Positions 1-12,340 of a stretch of DNA of 64,000 nucleotides are shown one piece after another (the first letter of the stretch is position 1; each line of letters starts with the position of its first letter). The notes beneath the pieces are model-generated. The model did not search any database. It was not told the origin of the DNA and saw only the letters and a program-made list of their open reading frames with translations. This DNA is from Hypanus sabinus (Eukaryota), in NCBI RefSeq assembly GCF_030144855.1, contig NC_082725.1:15376001-15440000 (forward strand), given 5' to 3'. Position numbers and translations under genes: made by a program.

Positions 1-94
1 ATGACAATAAATTTGACCTGATCGGAATGGCATTGGTTTAAAGGAGAATGATGGATAATTAGCAATAACTGACTAATCTTTAAAAATCCTGCCA

Positions 95-1015
95 TGTTGA
101 ATTGAATTGACTTTATTTCTTACATCCTTCACATACATGAAGAGTGAAAATCTTTACGTTACGTCTCCATCTAAATGTGCAGTGTGCAATCATAGTAATT
201 TATAATAAATACCACAGTCAATGTAACATAAAATACACTCAGATCAGCGTGAGTTAATCAGTCTGATGGCCTGGTGGAAGAAACTGTCCTGGAGCCTGTT
301 GGTCCTGGCTTTTATGCTGCGGTACCTAATCTCAGATGGTAGCAGCTAGAATAGATGTGGTTGGGGTGCTCCAGGTCCCCAATGATCCTACGGGCCCTTT
401 TCACACACCTGTCCTTGTAAATGTTCTGAATCATGGGAAGGTGTCAACTACTGTGCTGGCAACACACACAAAATGCTGGTGGAACACAGCAGGCCAGGCA
501 GCATCTATAGGGAGAAGCGCTGTCGACGTTTCGGGCCGAGACAGAGCTTCTCCTATAGATGCTGCCTGGCCTGCTGTGTTCCACCAGCATTTTGTGTGTG
601 TTGTTTGAATCTCCAGCATCTGCAGATTTCCTCGTGTTAACTACTGTGCTGGGCTGTCCGCACCACTCTCTGTGGAGTCCTGTGATTAAGGTAGGTACAG
701 TTCCCATACCAGGCAGGTACTGTTGTGCCTTTTTCACCGCACAGCTGATGTGTACAGACCACGTGAGGTGCTCAGTGATGTGGATACTGAGGAACTTAAA
801 GCTGTTTACCCTCTCAACTCCAGATCCATTGATGTCAATAGGGGTTAGCCCGTCTCCATTGCTCCTGTAATCCACAACTAGCTCCTTTGTTTTTGCAACA
901 TTGTTGAGAGGTTGTTTTCTTGACATCACTGTGTCAGAGAGATGACTTCTTCCCTGTAGACTACCTCATTACTGTTTGAAGTAAGGCCAATCAGTGTAGT
1001 GTCATTGGCAAATTG
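95..1015 (-). mobile_element. Rex1/Babar-type non-LTR retrotransposon, 3' portion (RT C-terminus and tail), interrupted at 460-638
   Basis: Minus ORF 444-929 contains NVAKTKELVVDYR...VERVNSFKFLSIHITEHLTWS; short tandem tail (TTGAA repeats on +) near 97-110. Confidence 0.8.
460..638. mobile_element. Fold-back mini Penelope-like element (terminal repeat plus inverted copy) with 14-bp target-site duplication
   Basis: Arms ~460-523 and ~539-603 are near-perfect reverse complements; AACTACTGTGCTGG is duplicated at 446-459 and 639-652; sequence matches the end of the PLE at 24670-26190. Confidence 0.85.
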
Positions 1016-1559
1016 TTTGCCACAATGGAAAAGCAACTCAGAGATTGTTGGACTGACATCACTGTCACATTGAGTAGCACAGAGGTCAGCTGGTTTTGCA
1101 ATGGATACTCGCTTTGCTTTTCAAAGTTGAAGTTCTCAGGTGATGTGCTTAACTCTGACAAAAAAATCACTAATGAAAACTGCAATTTATCTTTTCTGCA
1201 CTGAGAACTGTGAGCTTCCTACTGACTGTAAAAGTTATTTCAAACTTACTTCAGGTCACCTCAATGACACCCCCTCCTCCTCTGCCAAATGCTTGGAAAA
1301 ATTATCCATGACAAGACCCCAGTACTGTTCATGATGAGTCCTACCCATATTAACCCTAACCATTACAAAACCTCTCCATGACTTCTCTGAGTGATGGAGT
1401 CATATAATCAGACGGCAAGGAAACAGGCCATCGTGTCCATGATAACCATTAAACACTGTACCTCAAACCAATGTGACAATAATAATCTGATATAACAAAT
1501 AATTAGTATTCAGACAATATATAAGAAGAAAATAAAAATTCAGTGGCCACTTTATTCTG

Positions 1560-4500
1560 CTGGCCCAACCAGTGGCGGCAGCAGTGCACAGTGAGAAAGA
1601 ATCTCACAGCTCAGTGACGCTCATTTGAAATGAGAGCTTTGCGGGCATTCACTGTCATTCCGACAGCTCAATTAGTGGTGGGAACAGTACAGAGAGGAGT
1701 AAATAAAAGTGCAAAAGGGACAAGCGGAGTGGCCATTGTTGGGAGTGAGCCAGTGGTGAGAGTAGGAGTGTCAAGCTTTGGCTCAAAGGAAGGGGTATTG
1801 GATCTGAGTCAGTTTCTGCTAAGTTTCCCTTCTTTCTTACATTGTCTGGCAGGGATACTTTGTGTAGTTTAAATGGCCAGAGTCTCCCAGGGAACTAAAT
1901 CTGCATGAAGTGCCTCCAACTGAAGACCAGCTCCTTGAGGACCACATTAGGGATCTGGAGCAGCAGTTGGATGACTCTCAGCTTGTACGGGAGAATGAGG
2001 AGATCATCGATCGGAGTTACAGGGAAGCAGTCACCCTTAAGTAGCAAGAAGCAGATAGTTGGGTGACTGCCAGGTGAAGAAATGAGAAGGTGAGTAGGCA
2101 GTTAGTGCAGAACACCCCTGTGGCAATTCGCCTCAATAATAAATATACCGTTTTGGATACTGCTGTGTGGGATGACCACCCAGGAAAACGCCATAGAGAC
2201 CAGGTTACTGGCATTCAGTATGGATCCGTAGTGCAGAAGGGGAAGAGGGAGACGAGGGGAGCGGTAGTGATAGGGGACTCAATAGTCCGAGGAAGAGACA
2301 GGAGGTTCTCTGGACATGAATGGGACACTCGGATGTCAGGGTCAGGTACGTCTCAGATTGCATCCACGTCATTTTGCAGGGGGAGAGGGAGCAGCCAAGT
2401 GTCTTGGTACATATTGGTACCAATGACATAGGAAGGAAAAACAAAGAGGTTCTAAAGAGAGAATTTAGTGCGCTAGGCAGAAAGCTGAGAAGTAGGAACT
2501 CCAGGGTAGTAATTTCATGATTGCTGCCTGTGCCTTGCACTAGCGAGTGTAGAAACAAGATGACTTGGCAGATAAATTTGAGGCTGAGAAGCTGGTGCAG
2601 GTTCTTGGATCACTGGGATCTCTTCTGGGGTGGGGGTATGACTTGTACAAAAGGGGAATGGGTTGCACCTCAACCCAAGGGGGACAAATATTGTCATGGG
2701 CAGGTTTGTTGGAGTTGGTGAGGAGGGTTTAAACTATTTTGACAAAAGGATGAGAACTGGAGTGAAGGGACTCATGGTAAAAAAGCAAAGATAGCATGCA
2801 GTCAGACTGTTACGAAGGGCAGACAGATGACAGGACAAAATAGCAGCCTACATGGTGAATATCAGTGCACTATGGATGCAGAATCAAAAAGTGTAGCAAA
2901 TACAGTACTCAACGTGTTATATCTCAATGCATGGAGTATAAGAAATAAGATGCATGATCTTGTTGCACTTCTACAGATTATAGGGTACGAGGTTGAGGCC
3001 ATCACTGAATCGTGGATGAGCAATGGTTGTAGATGGGAGCTGAATGTCCAAGGTTACACCTTGTATCAGAGGGATGGGAAGGTCAGCAGAGGGTGTGGTG
3101 TGACTCTGCTGATAAAGAATGGCATCAAATCAGTAGAAAGATGTGACATGAGATCAGAAGATGTTGAACCCTTGTGGGTTGAATTAAGAAATGGCAAGGG
3201 TAAAAGTACCTTGATGGCAGCTAAACAGTGGCTGAGATGTGGACCACAGATTGCAACAGCAAATAGAAAAGGCATGTCAAAAGGACAATGTTATGGTAAT
3301 CATGGGAGATTTCAACATGCAGGACAATTGGGAAAATCAAGTTGGTAATGGATCCCATAAGAGTGAATTTGTTGAATGTCTACGAGTTGGCTTTTTAGAG
3401 TAGTTTGTCATTGAGCCTACTAGGGGATCAACTATACTGGATTGGGTGTTATTTAACGAACCATTGGTGATTAGGGAGCTTAAGGTAAAAGAACCCTTAG
3501 GAGGCACTGATCACAATATGACTGAGTTTAACTTGAAATTTGTTTGGGAGAAAGTAAAGTCTGGCATAGCAGTGGAGTAAAGGAAATCACAGTAGTATGA
3601 GAAAGGAGATGGCCAAAGAAAATTGGAAGGAAATGCTAGCAGAGATAACAGCAGAGCAGCAAAGTCTTGAGCTTCTGGGGGAAAAAATGAGGAATGTGCA
3701 GGATAGATGTATTTCAAAAACAAAGGAATACTCAAATGGCAAAATAGTGCAAATGTGGCTGACAAGGGAAGTCAAAGCTGATGTAAAAGCAAAAGAGCGG
3801 GCATACAGCAAATCAAAACATTATTGGGAAGGTAGAGATTTGGGAAGCATTTAAAAACCTACAGAAAGCAACTAAAAGAATCATTGGGAGGGAAAAGATG
3901 AAGTAGGAAAGCAAACTAGCAAACAATATATAGGTGGATAGAAAAAGCTTTTTCAAGTATATAAAAATAAAGGAGAGAAGAATGGTGATATTGGACTGCA
4001 AAAAAATAAGGCCAGAGAAATAATAATGGGGGACAAGGAGATGACAGATAAACAGATGGACAGATAGATAGAGAGATGCTTTATTGATCCCAAAGCAAAT
4101 TGGGTACAGTGTCACAGTAAGCATTACAAGTGCACATATATACAAATATCAGAAGAGAAGTAAGAAAGAATAAAAAAATAAGTTACCTCAAACAGACTAA
4201 CAAAAGGGGAGGGGGTCATCACTTCCCCAGCTATAGGTTGATTCATTATAGAGCCTTGTGGCTGAGGGTAAGAATGACCTCATATAATGCTCTTTGGAGC
4301 AGCACAGTTGTCTTAGTCTATTACTAAAAGTACTCCTTTTGATGGCTTTGTTGCCAAGTTTGCAGATGATATGAAGGTTGGTGGAGGGGCAGGTAGTGTT
4401 GAGGAAACAGGTAGGCTGCAGAAGGACTTAGACAGATTAGGCAAATGGGCAAGAAAGTGGCAACTGAAATACAATATTGGAGAATGCATGGTCATGCACA

Positions 4501-4710
4501 GAAGGAATAAATGTGCAAACTATTTTCTAAACGGGGGAGAAAGTTGAAAAATCTGAGATGCAAAGGGACTTGAAAGTCCTTGTGCAGGACACCCTAAAGG
4601 TTAACTTGCAGGTTGAGTTAGTGGTGAGGAAGGCACATGCAATATTAGTATTCATTTCAAGAGGTCTAATATATAAAAGCAGAGATGTGATGCTGATGCT
4701 TTATAAGGCT
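1560..4710 (+). mobile_element. CR1 LINE, decayed: ORF1 (SGNH esterase), ORF2 APE endonuclease and partial RT, with internal deletion and nested insertion
   Basis: VVIGDSIVRG and VLVHIGTNDIG (ORF1 esterase); LNAWSIRNK and AITESW (endonuclease); KFADD at ~4355-4370; many stops and frameshifts. Confidence 0.88.
4050..4335 (-). mobile_element. 3' end of a LINE (Rex/L2-like) nested in the CR1
   Basis: GATA-repeat tail followed by TTTATT (AATAAA on -); interrupts CR1 ORF2. Confidence 0.5.
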
Positions 4711-4719
4711 TTATTTTCT

Positions 4720-5080
4720 GCAGTTGGTTCTGCAGTTCTTTCTCTCATTTGCTGTTTGAAGAACATTGTGCCAGACCTGCTCGTTTCACCAAAAAATTGC
4801 ATCCTTAGCATACTCCGTGTAAAATCTTTTGTCTATCCTCTGCGGAGCGATCACACCTTCCTGTGATGTGGTGACCATTAACATTTGAAAAGCATTAGCT
4901 GTTGCCTTACTCATTCCATCATAATCCTTCTGCTCTTTTATTCTGTGTCTTGGCCAGCAAAATATCCCCGATGTCTTCTTAATCATCATATCCACCTGGT
5001 CTACAACATTCAGGGATCCATGGATGTGGATTTACACATCTCTCTCTGTTCCTCGTTGCTTTATTCCATGATTTATTTTG
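4720..5080 (-). mobile_element. Degraded CR1 ORF2 C-terminal fragment
   Basis: Minus-strand remnants resemble the CR1 motifs (QRRFTRM-like) seen in the better preserved copies. Confidence 0.5.
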
Positions 5081-5659
5081 TATTTCCTTACTTTGTTCAC
5101 CTTCCCCAAGAATTTTACTTCACACTTCTCAGTCTGAATACCGTTTCCTGCCTCCTTCCCCTGAGAATCAGGAAGAATATCTGTTCCTGCACTCTGAAGT
5201 TTTCTTCCTGACCATCAATCACTCACAAATTTTATATCAAATAAACTTTTCCTCAAGATGCCCACCCTCTAAATATTTAAGTTGATATCTACTGGACAAT
5301 GCAAGGGTTCTGCAGAATTCCAAAGCAAGCAAGCTTCTAGACACTAAAATGTCCATTGACATCCTGCATTCTGTGGTACCGAATGCATTTTGGATCCCAC
5401 TTGTCACATTCTCTTGGATCTCAAGAACATTTACTCATTTGATCATTCTGTCATATTCCTTTATTGGGTGTTGTCCAAACACGTCTTCCAAATATGTTGT
5501 CCAAACAGATGGCAGGATATCATGCAACGAGCTGATCATTACAACATGCGTGAATTTCTGAGTGTTGCCAAGAAAATGTGCAAACCAGTCACCAAGGGCT
5601 CACTCTGCTGAGGGCTAAGAATAGAGGAGAGAGAATCAGTCAGAAGATAACCTATACTA

Positions 5660-6345
5660 TTGTCTAAATGGGGAAACAATTCAGAAATCAGAGGAGCAAA
5701 GGGACTTGGGAGACCTCATGCAGGATTCCCTAGAGGTTGAAGACAAATGCAATGCTAGTGATTATTTTGAGAGGACTAGAATACAAGAGCAAGGATGTAA
5801 TGCTGAGGCTTTATGGGCATTGGTCAGACTGTACTGGGAGTATAGTGAGCATCTTTGGGCCCCTTATCTAAAAAAAGATGTGCAGGCTTTGGAGAGGATC
5901 CAGAGGAGGTTGACAAGAATGACCCTGGGAATGAAAGGGTTAACGTACGAGGAGCATTTAATTGCTCTTGTCCTGTACTCACTTGAGTTTAGAAGAATGA
6001 GAGGAGCTGTCATTGAAACCTATGAAATAGTGAAAGGTCTCAACTGAGTGGATGTGGAGAGAACGTACCTTAGGGTGAAGGAGTCTAGGACCAGAGGGCA
6101 CAGCCTCAGAATAGAAGAATGTCCTTTTAGAACATAAATCAAAAAGAATTGCTTTAGTTAGAGGGTGGGGAATTTGTGAAATTCATTGCTTCAGACTGCT
6201 GTGGTGGCCAAGTCATTGGGTATACTTAAAGTAGTGGCTGATAGGTTCTCGACTGGGTAGGGCATCAAAGATGGGCAGGAGGAGGGATAATAAATCAGCC
6301 ATGATAAAATGGTGGAATAGACCCAATGGGCCGAATAACCTAATT
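5660..6345 (+). mobile_element. CR1 LINE 3' end
   Basis: ALVRLYWEY..WAPYLKKDVQALERIQRRLTRM...YSLEFRRMRG, followed by a CR1-type 3' UTR. Confidence 0.85.
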
Positions 6346-9120
6346 CAAAGTTCAAAGTAAAATTTGTTATCGGGGTACATTTATGTCACCATATATAACT
6401 CTGAGATTCTTTTACTGCGGGCGCACTTAGCAAATATATAGAACAGAAACTGGCATTGGTCTTCCATTACCAGGCTGCAAAGCAGTCAGTCAGCACACTT
6501 TCTACCACACATCCATAGAAGTTTGACAAGGTTTTCTTTCTTTTTGTAATTTATTTTTTTATTGAAGTTCATCATCAAACAAACATTTCCAGAAGATGTA
6601 TTTCAGACATTGTACATATATATCATATAATCATATATATCACAAATCTCCACAAAGTATGTATCTGAGTATGTACAAGTAGGGAGTGATCTTATTTTTT
6701 TGCAACATGTTCATTGATTTGTGAGAATAAAATCAGGCCTATGAGGCATTATGTAGTTAAACCATTGTTCCCAGTATGAATCAAATTGTCCAAGGTTTTC
6801 AATGTCAAACCTCTGCAGACTCCTAAGGAAGTAGAGCCACTGTCGTGCCTTCTTCAAAATAATACTTACATAAGGGGTCTAGGAAAGATCCTCTGAGATA
6901 GTGACACCCAGGAATTTAAAGTTACTGATGATCTCCACCTCTGAAAATCTGAAGATTACTGGCTCATGGACCTTTGGTTTCCCTCTCCTGAAGTCTACAA
7001 TCAGTTCCTTGGTCTTATTGACATTGAGTGAGAGGGAGATTGTTGTTATTACACCACTCAGCCATGTTTTCGATTTCTCTCCGGTATGCTGATTCATCAT
7101 CCCCTTTGATACAGCCCACAACGGTGGTGTCGTCAACATACTTGTATACGGAGATGGAGCTGCACTTAGCTACATTGTCATAGGTGTAAAGTGAGTATAG
7201 CAGGAAGCTAAGTACATGTCCTTGCAGTGCTCCTGTGCTGATGGAGATTGTGGAGGAGATGTTTTTGCCAATCTGAACTGACTGGGGTCTACAAGTGAGG
7301 AAATCTACTGAGACCCAGGTCTTGGAGTTTACAAATTAGTTTTGAGGTGGTGATGGTGTTAAATGCTGAGATTTAATCAATAAAGAGCATCCTGATATAT
7401 GCATCTTTGCTGTCCAGATGTTCTAGGGTTGTGTGAAGAGCCATTGAGATAGCATCTGCTGCAGACCTGGTGCTTTGGCAGGCGAAATGGAGCTGATCCA
7501 AGTCGCCATTCAGACATATGCTTCAACATTAACCTCTTCTCAAAACATTTCTTCACTGTGGATGTAAGTGCCACTGGGTGATCTTCATTGAGGTGGGTTA
7601 CTACACTCTTTTGTGTACTGGTACAATTGACGCCTGCTTGAAGCAGGTGGGTACCACATTCTGCTAGAGTGAAAGGTTGAAGATATCCGTGACTACACCA
7701 TCTGGTCAGCACAGGTCTTCAGTACTCGGCCAGGTACTCCATCCAGACCGAATGCTTTCCTTGGATTCTCTCTCTTGAAGGCAGCTGCATGTCATCTTCA
7801 GTTACTGAGGCCAAAGGATCACCGGGAGACATGGGTGTGTCTGATGGTTCCGCCTTGTTGTGGTGGTGAAAGCGAGCGTAGAAGGCATTCTCATCTGGAA
7901 CTGAAGCTCTGTTGTCCCCCAGATTGCAAGATTTAGCTTTGTAGGAGGTTGTGGCATTCAAACCGTGCCACACCTGTCAAGCATCCCTTTTTGACTCCAG
8001 TCTAGTCCGGAATCTCCACTTTGCCCGAGACATGGCTTTCCAGAGATCGCACCTGCACCTCTTGTAGCATTCTTGATCTCCAGACTTGAATGTCTCTGAT
8101 CTGGTTCTCAGGGGATTCTGGATTTCATTGTTCATCCAAGGGCTTCTGATTGGGGAAAACCATGAATGGTTTTGTGGGGACACACTCATCCATAGCTATT
8201 TAAATTAAGTCTGTAACGACCCTGGTCCAGCCCAGTCCACTGACTCAACAAAGTCCTGTAACCGTTCCTCAGCCTCCTTTGACAAGCTCTTGACTTGATC
8301 TCTGGAGCCTTGCTCTTTAAGCCCTGTCTGTATGCAGGTATTAGTACAGCCAAATGGGCCATCTTACCAAAATACAGTCTCGGGAAGGAATGATAGGCAT
8401 CCTTTATCTTAGTGTGGCAGTCATCTAGTGTGTTGGGACCTCTGGTGCAACAGGTTACATGCTGGTGACAATTGAGCAGGATTTTCTTCAATCAGGCCTG
8501 GTTAAAGTCACTGACTATAATTTGAAATGTGTTATGATGGGCCGTTTCTTGTTTACAAACATCATTGTGCAGTTTCGTGAGTGCTTGCTTATAACTGGTG
8601 ATTGGAAGTACATAAACTGCAGTCAGCATCATGAGTGAGAACTCCCAAGGTGAATAGAATGGTGTACATTTAATCAATAGTTGTTCTAAGTCAGGGGAAC
8701 AAGAAGCCTACATAACCCTAATGTCAGTGAGAATTGACTAAAAAGCATATGCTGCCAGCTCTTTCCTCATCAGAATTTGAGGTTCACTCCATTCTGAAAA
8801 TAGCAAAACCTTCTGGTCAGATAGCGGCATCTGGCGTGTTCGCTGTTAAGTAAGTCTCAATGCAATGAACAATTGATGTCTACCTTATCTCCCTTTGATA
8901 CAACAGCCTTGCTCTGAGTTTGTCAATCATACTTCACTAACAAAATGGTAGGCTGAGGAAGCCTTGTCCTTCTGTTCTTCAGCCTGATTTAAATCCCACT
9001 ACTCCTGCGCATTTTTGGCCTTGGCCTTGGTATTGACCCTTAAAGATGCTGGGCTTAACTGCTCCCCAATTAATTGTCAAATGTGAGATCTGAAGATCAT
9101 TGATGTAATTTCATTGTCCC
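6346..9120 (-). mobile_element. Rex1/Babar-type LINE, long decayed copy (endonuclease plus RT)
   Basis: Minus ORF fragments [57 protein letters not shown]; TTCAAAG-repeat tail at ~6344-6358. Confidence 0.85.
6537..6790 (-). mobile_element. 5'-truncated L1/Tx1-type 3' end with A-rich tail and 10-bp TSD
   Basis: CAAGGTTTTC duplicated at 6527-6536 and 6791-6800; minus strand reads QFDSYWEQWFNYIMPHRPDFILTNQ* then a 3' UTR and A-rich tail. Confidence 0.7.
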
Positions 9121-9259
9121 TTGCTAAGAGGAAATTTACATGCTGCAGATTGCAGCAGAAGTTGTTCAAAAAGAGTATATTTAAGAAAAAAACTGGTACA
9201 AATTCCTGCAGCCCACAGGGATGCTGATGTAGACCAGAGCCATCTTACTGCTTTGGCTT

Positions 9260-9660
9260 ACTATCTTATGACTAAGTCCAAGCAATTGATTGTGGACTTC
9301 AGGAAGAGGAAGTCAGGAGAACACACAACAGTTCTCATTGAGGCGTCAGCAGTAGAAGGGGTGAGCAGCTTAAAGTTCCTGGGCAACAACATCTCTGAGG
9401 ATCCTTGCTGGCTCCAACACATTGATGCAATGTGAAGAATGCATGTCTGTGTATATACATCATTAGGAGCTTGAGGACAGTTAGGTATCACCAAAGACCC
9501 TTAATTTTTATAGGTGTGTGATGGAGAGGATTCAAATTGGTTGCATCAGCTCCAGGCATGGAGGCTCCAAAGTGCAGAAATGAAAGAGGCTGTAGAGAAT
9601 CGCTCAGCTCCATCACGTGCATAATCTTCCCCTCCACAGAGAATATCTTCAAGAGGCTTC
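9260..9660 (+). mobile_element. Rex1/Babar-type RT C-terminal fragment
   Basis: KSKQLIVDFRK...VEGVSSLKFLGNNISED. Confidence 0.75.
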
Positions 9661-11169
9661 CCCTTAAAATTCAGAAAGAAACTTCAAAAGTGTGAAGCAA
9701 TGACCCCTGCCATCCTGACTACTTCAGTGACATCAGCAACCTACAGTAGACGCCTCACAGCGGTACAAACGTTGTCTCAGCAAAATTAGCCAAATCCAAT
9801 AAGAGAATAATGAATCAACATCAACATTCAGCGTTGAAGCTCTAGTTTCCTCACTTGACTCAGGTGGGTGGGATGCATTGTCCATCTGACTCAGACCAGT
9901 CTCTTGACAGGAATTCTTCTCTAAGCTCTATTCTGGCAAGGAATTACCCAGAGGACAAATAAAATCGGGAAGAAATCTCAAAATCTCTTTGGGGGAAGAA
10001 AAGTCCTCATTGAATCTTGTGAATATATCTGAACAAAGAACATTTGGGAAAGTGCTGAGAACCTCATAGCTCTTCATTATCAGCCAACAGAAGTTCAGCA
10101 AAAACGGTGAAAGAAACTTACCATTACCCAGTTTGCCAACCAACCTATCCTGGCCCATGTATGGCACAGTTGGTGGGTCCCACATTGGCCTTATCAGCCA
10201 TAGGAGCTATTCATCCTTGATGCAAAAGATCAACTGGAAACAAAAAGGTGTTCAAATACCCAGGAATTAACAATATTTAGTGACATAAATATCAGGCTTC
10301 TTTGATATGAGAAATGTGGCAAACTGGAAGATTTTAAATTTGTTTTAGATTAGGTATAAGACATTGGAAAAATGTTCAGTGAAAAATATTGAGCTATTCA
10401 AGTCCTGCTGATGCAATATTGAACATGATTTCTTTACAGCCTTCAGAGAATTTGAAGAATGAGCAGATTCATCAATAGAGACTTACCATTTGTCCTTGTA
10501 GCAACCAGCGATGTGCCAGTTCATGATGACCCGTAAGAGATTGAAGTTGTGGTGAAGTTCAATGACGTAGGGTAGAAAATTTATGGGATATTTAAAAAAA
10601 CAACTTGCTTTTCACGTCAACCATTTGTCAGAGCAGACTGAAGACCAGAGAAGTTCAAACATGATCAAGTAACTAGAGGCCATATTACTAAATGACTTCA
10701 CTTAATCACATAGATCTCAACATCTGGTTATTTGATTTGATTGTGAGAGCCTGGCACCTGTCACTGTACACCATAAAATCTCTGCTGGCAAAGAACAATA
10801 AAGAAAGAAGATTTTAAAAGTAGGACAAGTAATCCACCTTTGTGTTATATACATAAATGTATCCTGGATTATGCTTCAATGTAAAAACACTGAGATGACA
10901 TCCATACACTTCAAGAGCTTTTCCCTTATAATTTATTATGTGCTTTCGGCTCTGGGATATGTTATTACCTTGTAAAAACTGAAAATTCTGAGTTCCCGTG
11001 TAACTTATAAATCCTTTAATCAGTTACTCTAAACATGGTTAAAGTTTGTTAGATAGAATTTTAAAAAAAAAGCTATTCTACTGCATTCATTGTGTGAATA
11101 TGTTCTGAAAGAAGGAGAGGGCTGGTGGAAAAGGAAACACAATTATATCAAGCATTTTGCAATTTAGGG

Positions 11170-11300
11170 ATACCAAAAGCACGTTATAACCAATCAAATA
11201 TTTTGTGAAGTATAGGCACTTGCATAATGTAGGAAATGCGGTAAGCAATTTGTCATGTTATGATCTCAGAAAAGCCAATGCAATAATTATGAAATCATGT
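11170..11300 (-). mobile_element. Ancient Deu-domain SINE remnant (AmnSINE1/SacSINE1-like)
   Basis: Resembles the chondrichthyan DeuSINE consensus as I recall it (…TAATGTAGGAAATGCGG..AGCAATTTG…) and the copy at ~34960-35295. Confidence 0.45.
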
Positions 11301-11699
11301 CACATGTGATATATGTGCCAACTTTTCAAGAGCTATAGAACTGGTCCCACTTTTCTGCTTTTTATTTGTAGCCCTGAAAAATTCTCCTTATCAAATATAT
11401 TGTACATCCAATTGACATCAAAGCCTATGAGTGTATTTATTTTCCTATCATTTCAAGTGCTATATTCCAAGTTGTGACTTACTGGATTGCAAAAAAAAAC
11501 CCCTCTCCCCTCCAATCCTTAACCCCACCTCACCCCAAATTGGATATTTCTTGATCCAGTTATTATAATTTTCCATCTACTGGTCACAAAATTTTCTTGA
11601 CATGGATAATTTCTACATAATTACCACAACAAAATCCTTCATGTTAAATTTCCCCTTTTTTCCCTTCAAGTGAATGGGTAATGTACTATATATTTGACA

Positions 11700-12340
11700 T
11701 ACACACACACAAAATGCTGGAGAAACTCAGTAGGTCAGGCAGCATTGACGGAAATGAATAAACAGTTGATGTTTCAGGTCTAGACCCTTCATCAGGACTA
11801 CAGGTGCTGCTTGACCTGCTGAGCTTGTCAGACAGTCATAGGGTTATAGAAAAATGCACAGAAACAGGCCCTTCGGCCCATCAAGTCTGTGCCAAATTAT
11901 TTAAACTGCCTACTCCCATTGACTTGCACCGGGACCATACTCCTGCCATCCACATGCCTATCCAAACTTCTCCTGAATGTTGAAACTGAGCTTGCATGTG
12001 CCACTTGCACTGCCAGCTCACTCTACACTCCCACAACCCTCTGAGTGAAGAAGTTTCCCCTCATGTTCCCCTTAAACTTCACCCTTAAACCATGACCTAT
12101 CCATCTTCAGTGGGGAAAAGAAACTGCCTGCATTCACTCTATACCCCTCATAATTTTGTATCCCTCTATCAAATCTCCCCTCAATCTTCTATGGTCCGAG
12201 GAATAAAGTTCTAACCTATTTAATCATTTCTTATAACTCAGGTCTTCCAGTCCCAGCAACATCCTGGTAAATTTTCTTTGTTCCTCCAGCATTTTGTCTG
12301 TTGCTCTGGATTTCAAGCATCTGCAGAATCTCTTGTGTAT
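11700..12340. mobile_element. Fold-back mini-PLE split by a CR1 3' end (CR1 ~11835-12280, minus)
   Basis: PLE terminal sequence 11700-11800; the inverted arm starts at ~11803 and resumes at ~12280; the intervening DNA encodes KFTRMLLGLEDLSY and a CR1 3' UTR. Confidence 0.75.
11764..11800 (-). ncRNA. Minimal type I hammerhead ribozyme motif (PLE-associated), partly CpG-decayed
   Basis: Minus strand AGUC-CUGAUGA-A-GGGUCUAGACCU-GAAA-C-AUC-AACU. Confidence 0.55.

Noticed and set aside
336-870. Overlapping ORFs sharing the HTKCWWNTAGQAASIG peptide (also near 24668 and 27430) as a peptide gene family
   Set aside because: They are translations of the non-coding PLE terminal repeat and its inverted copy.
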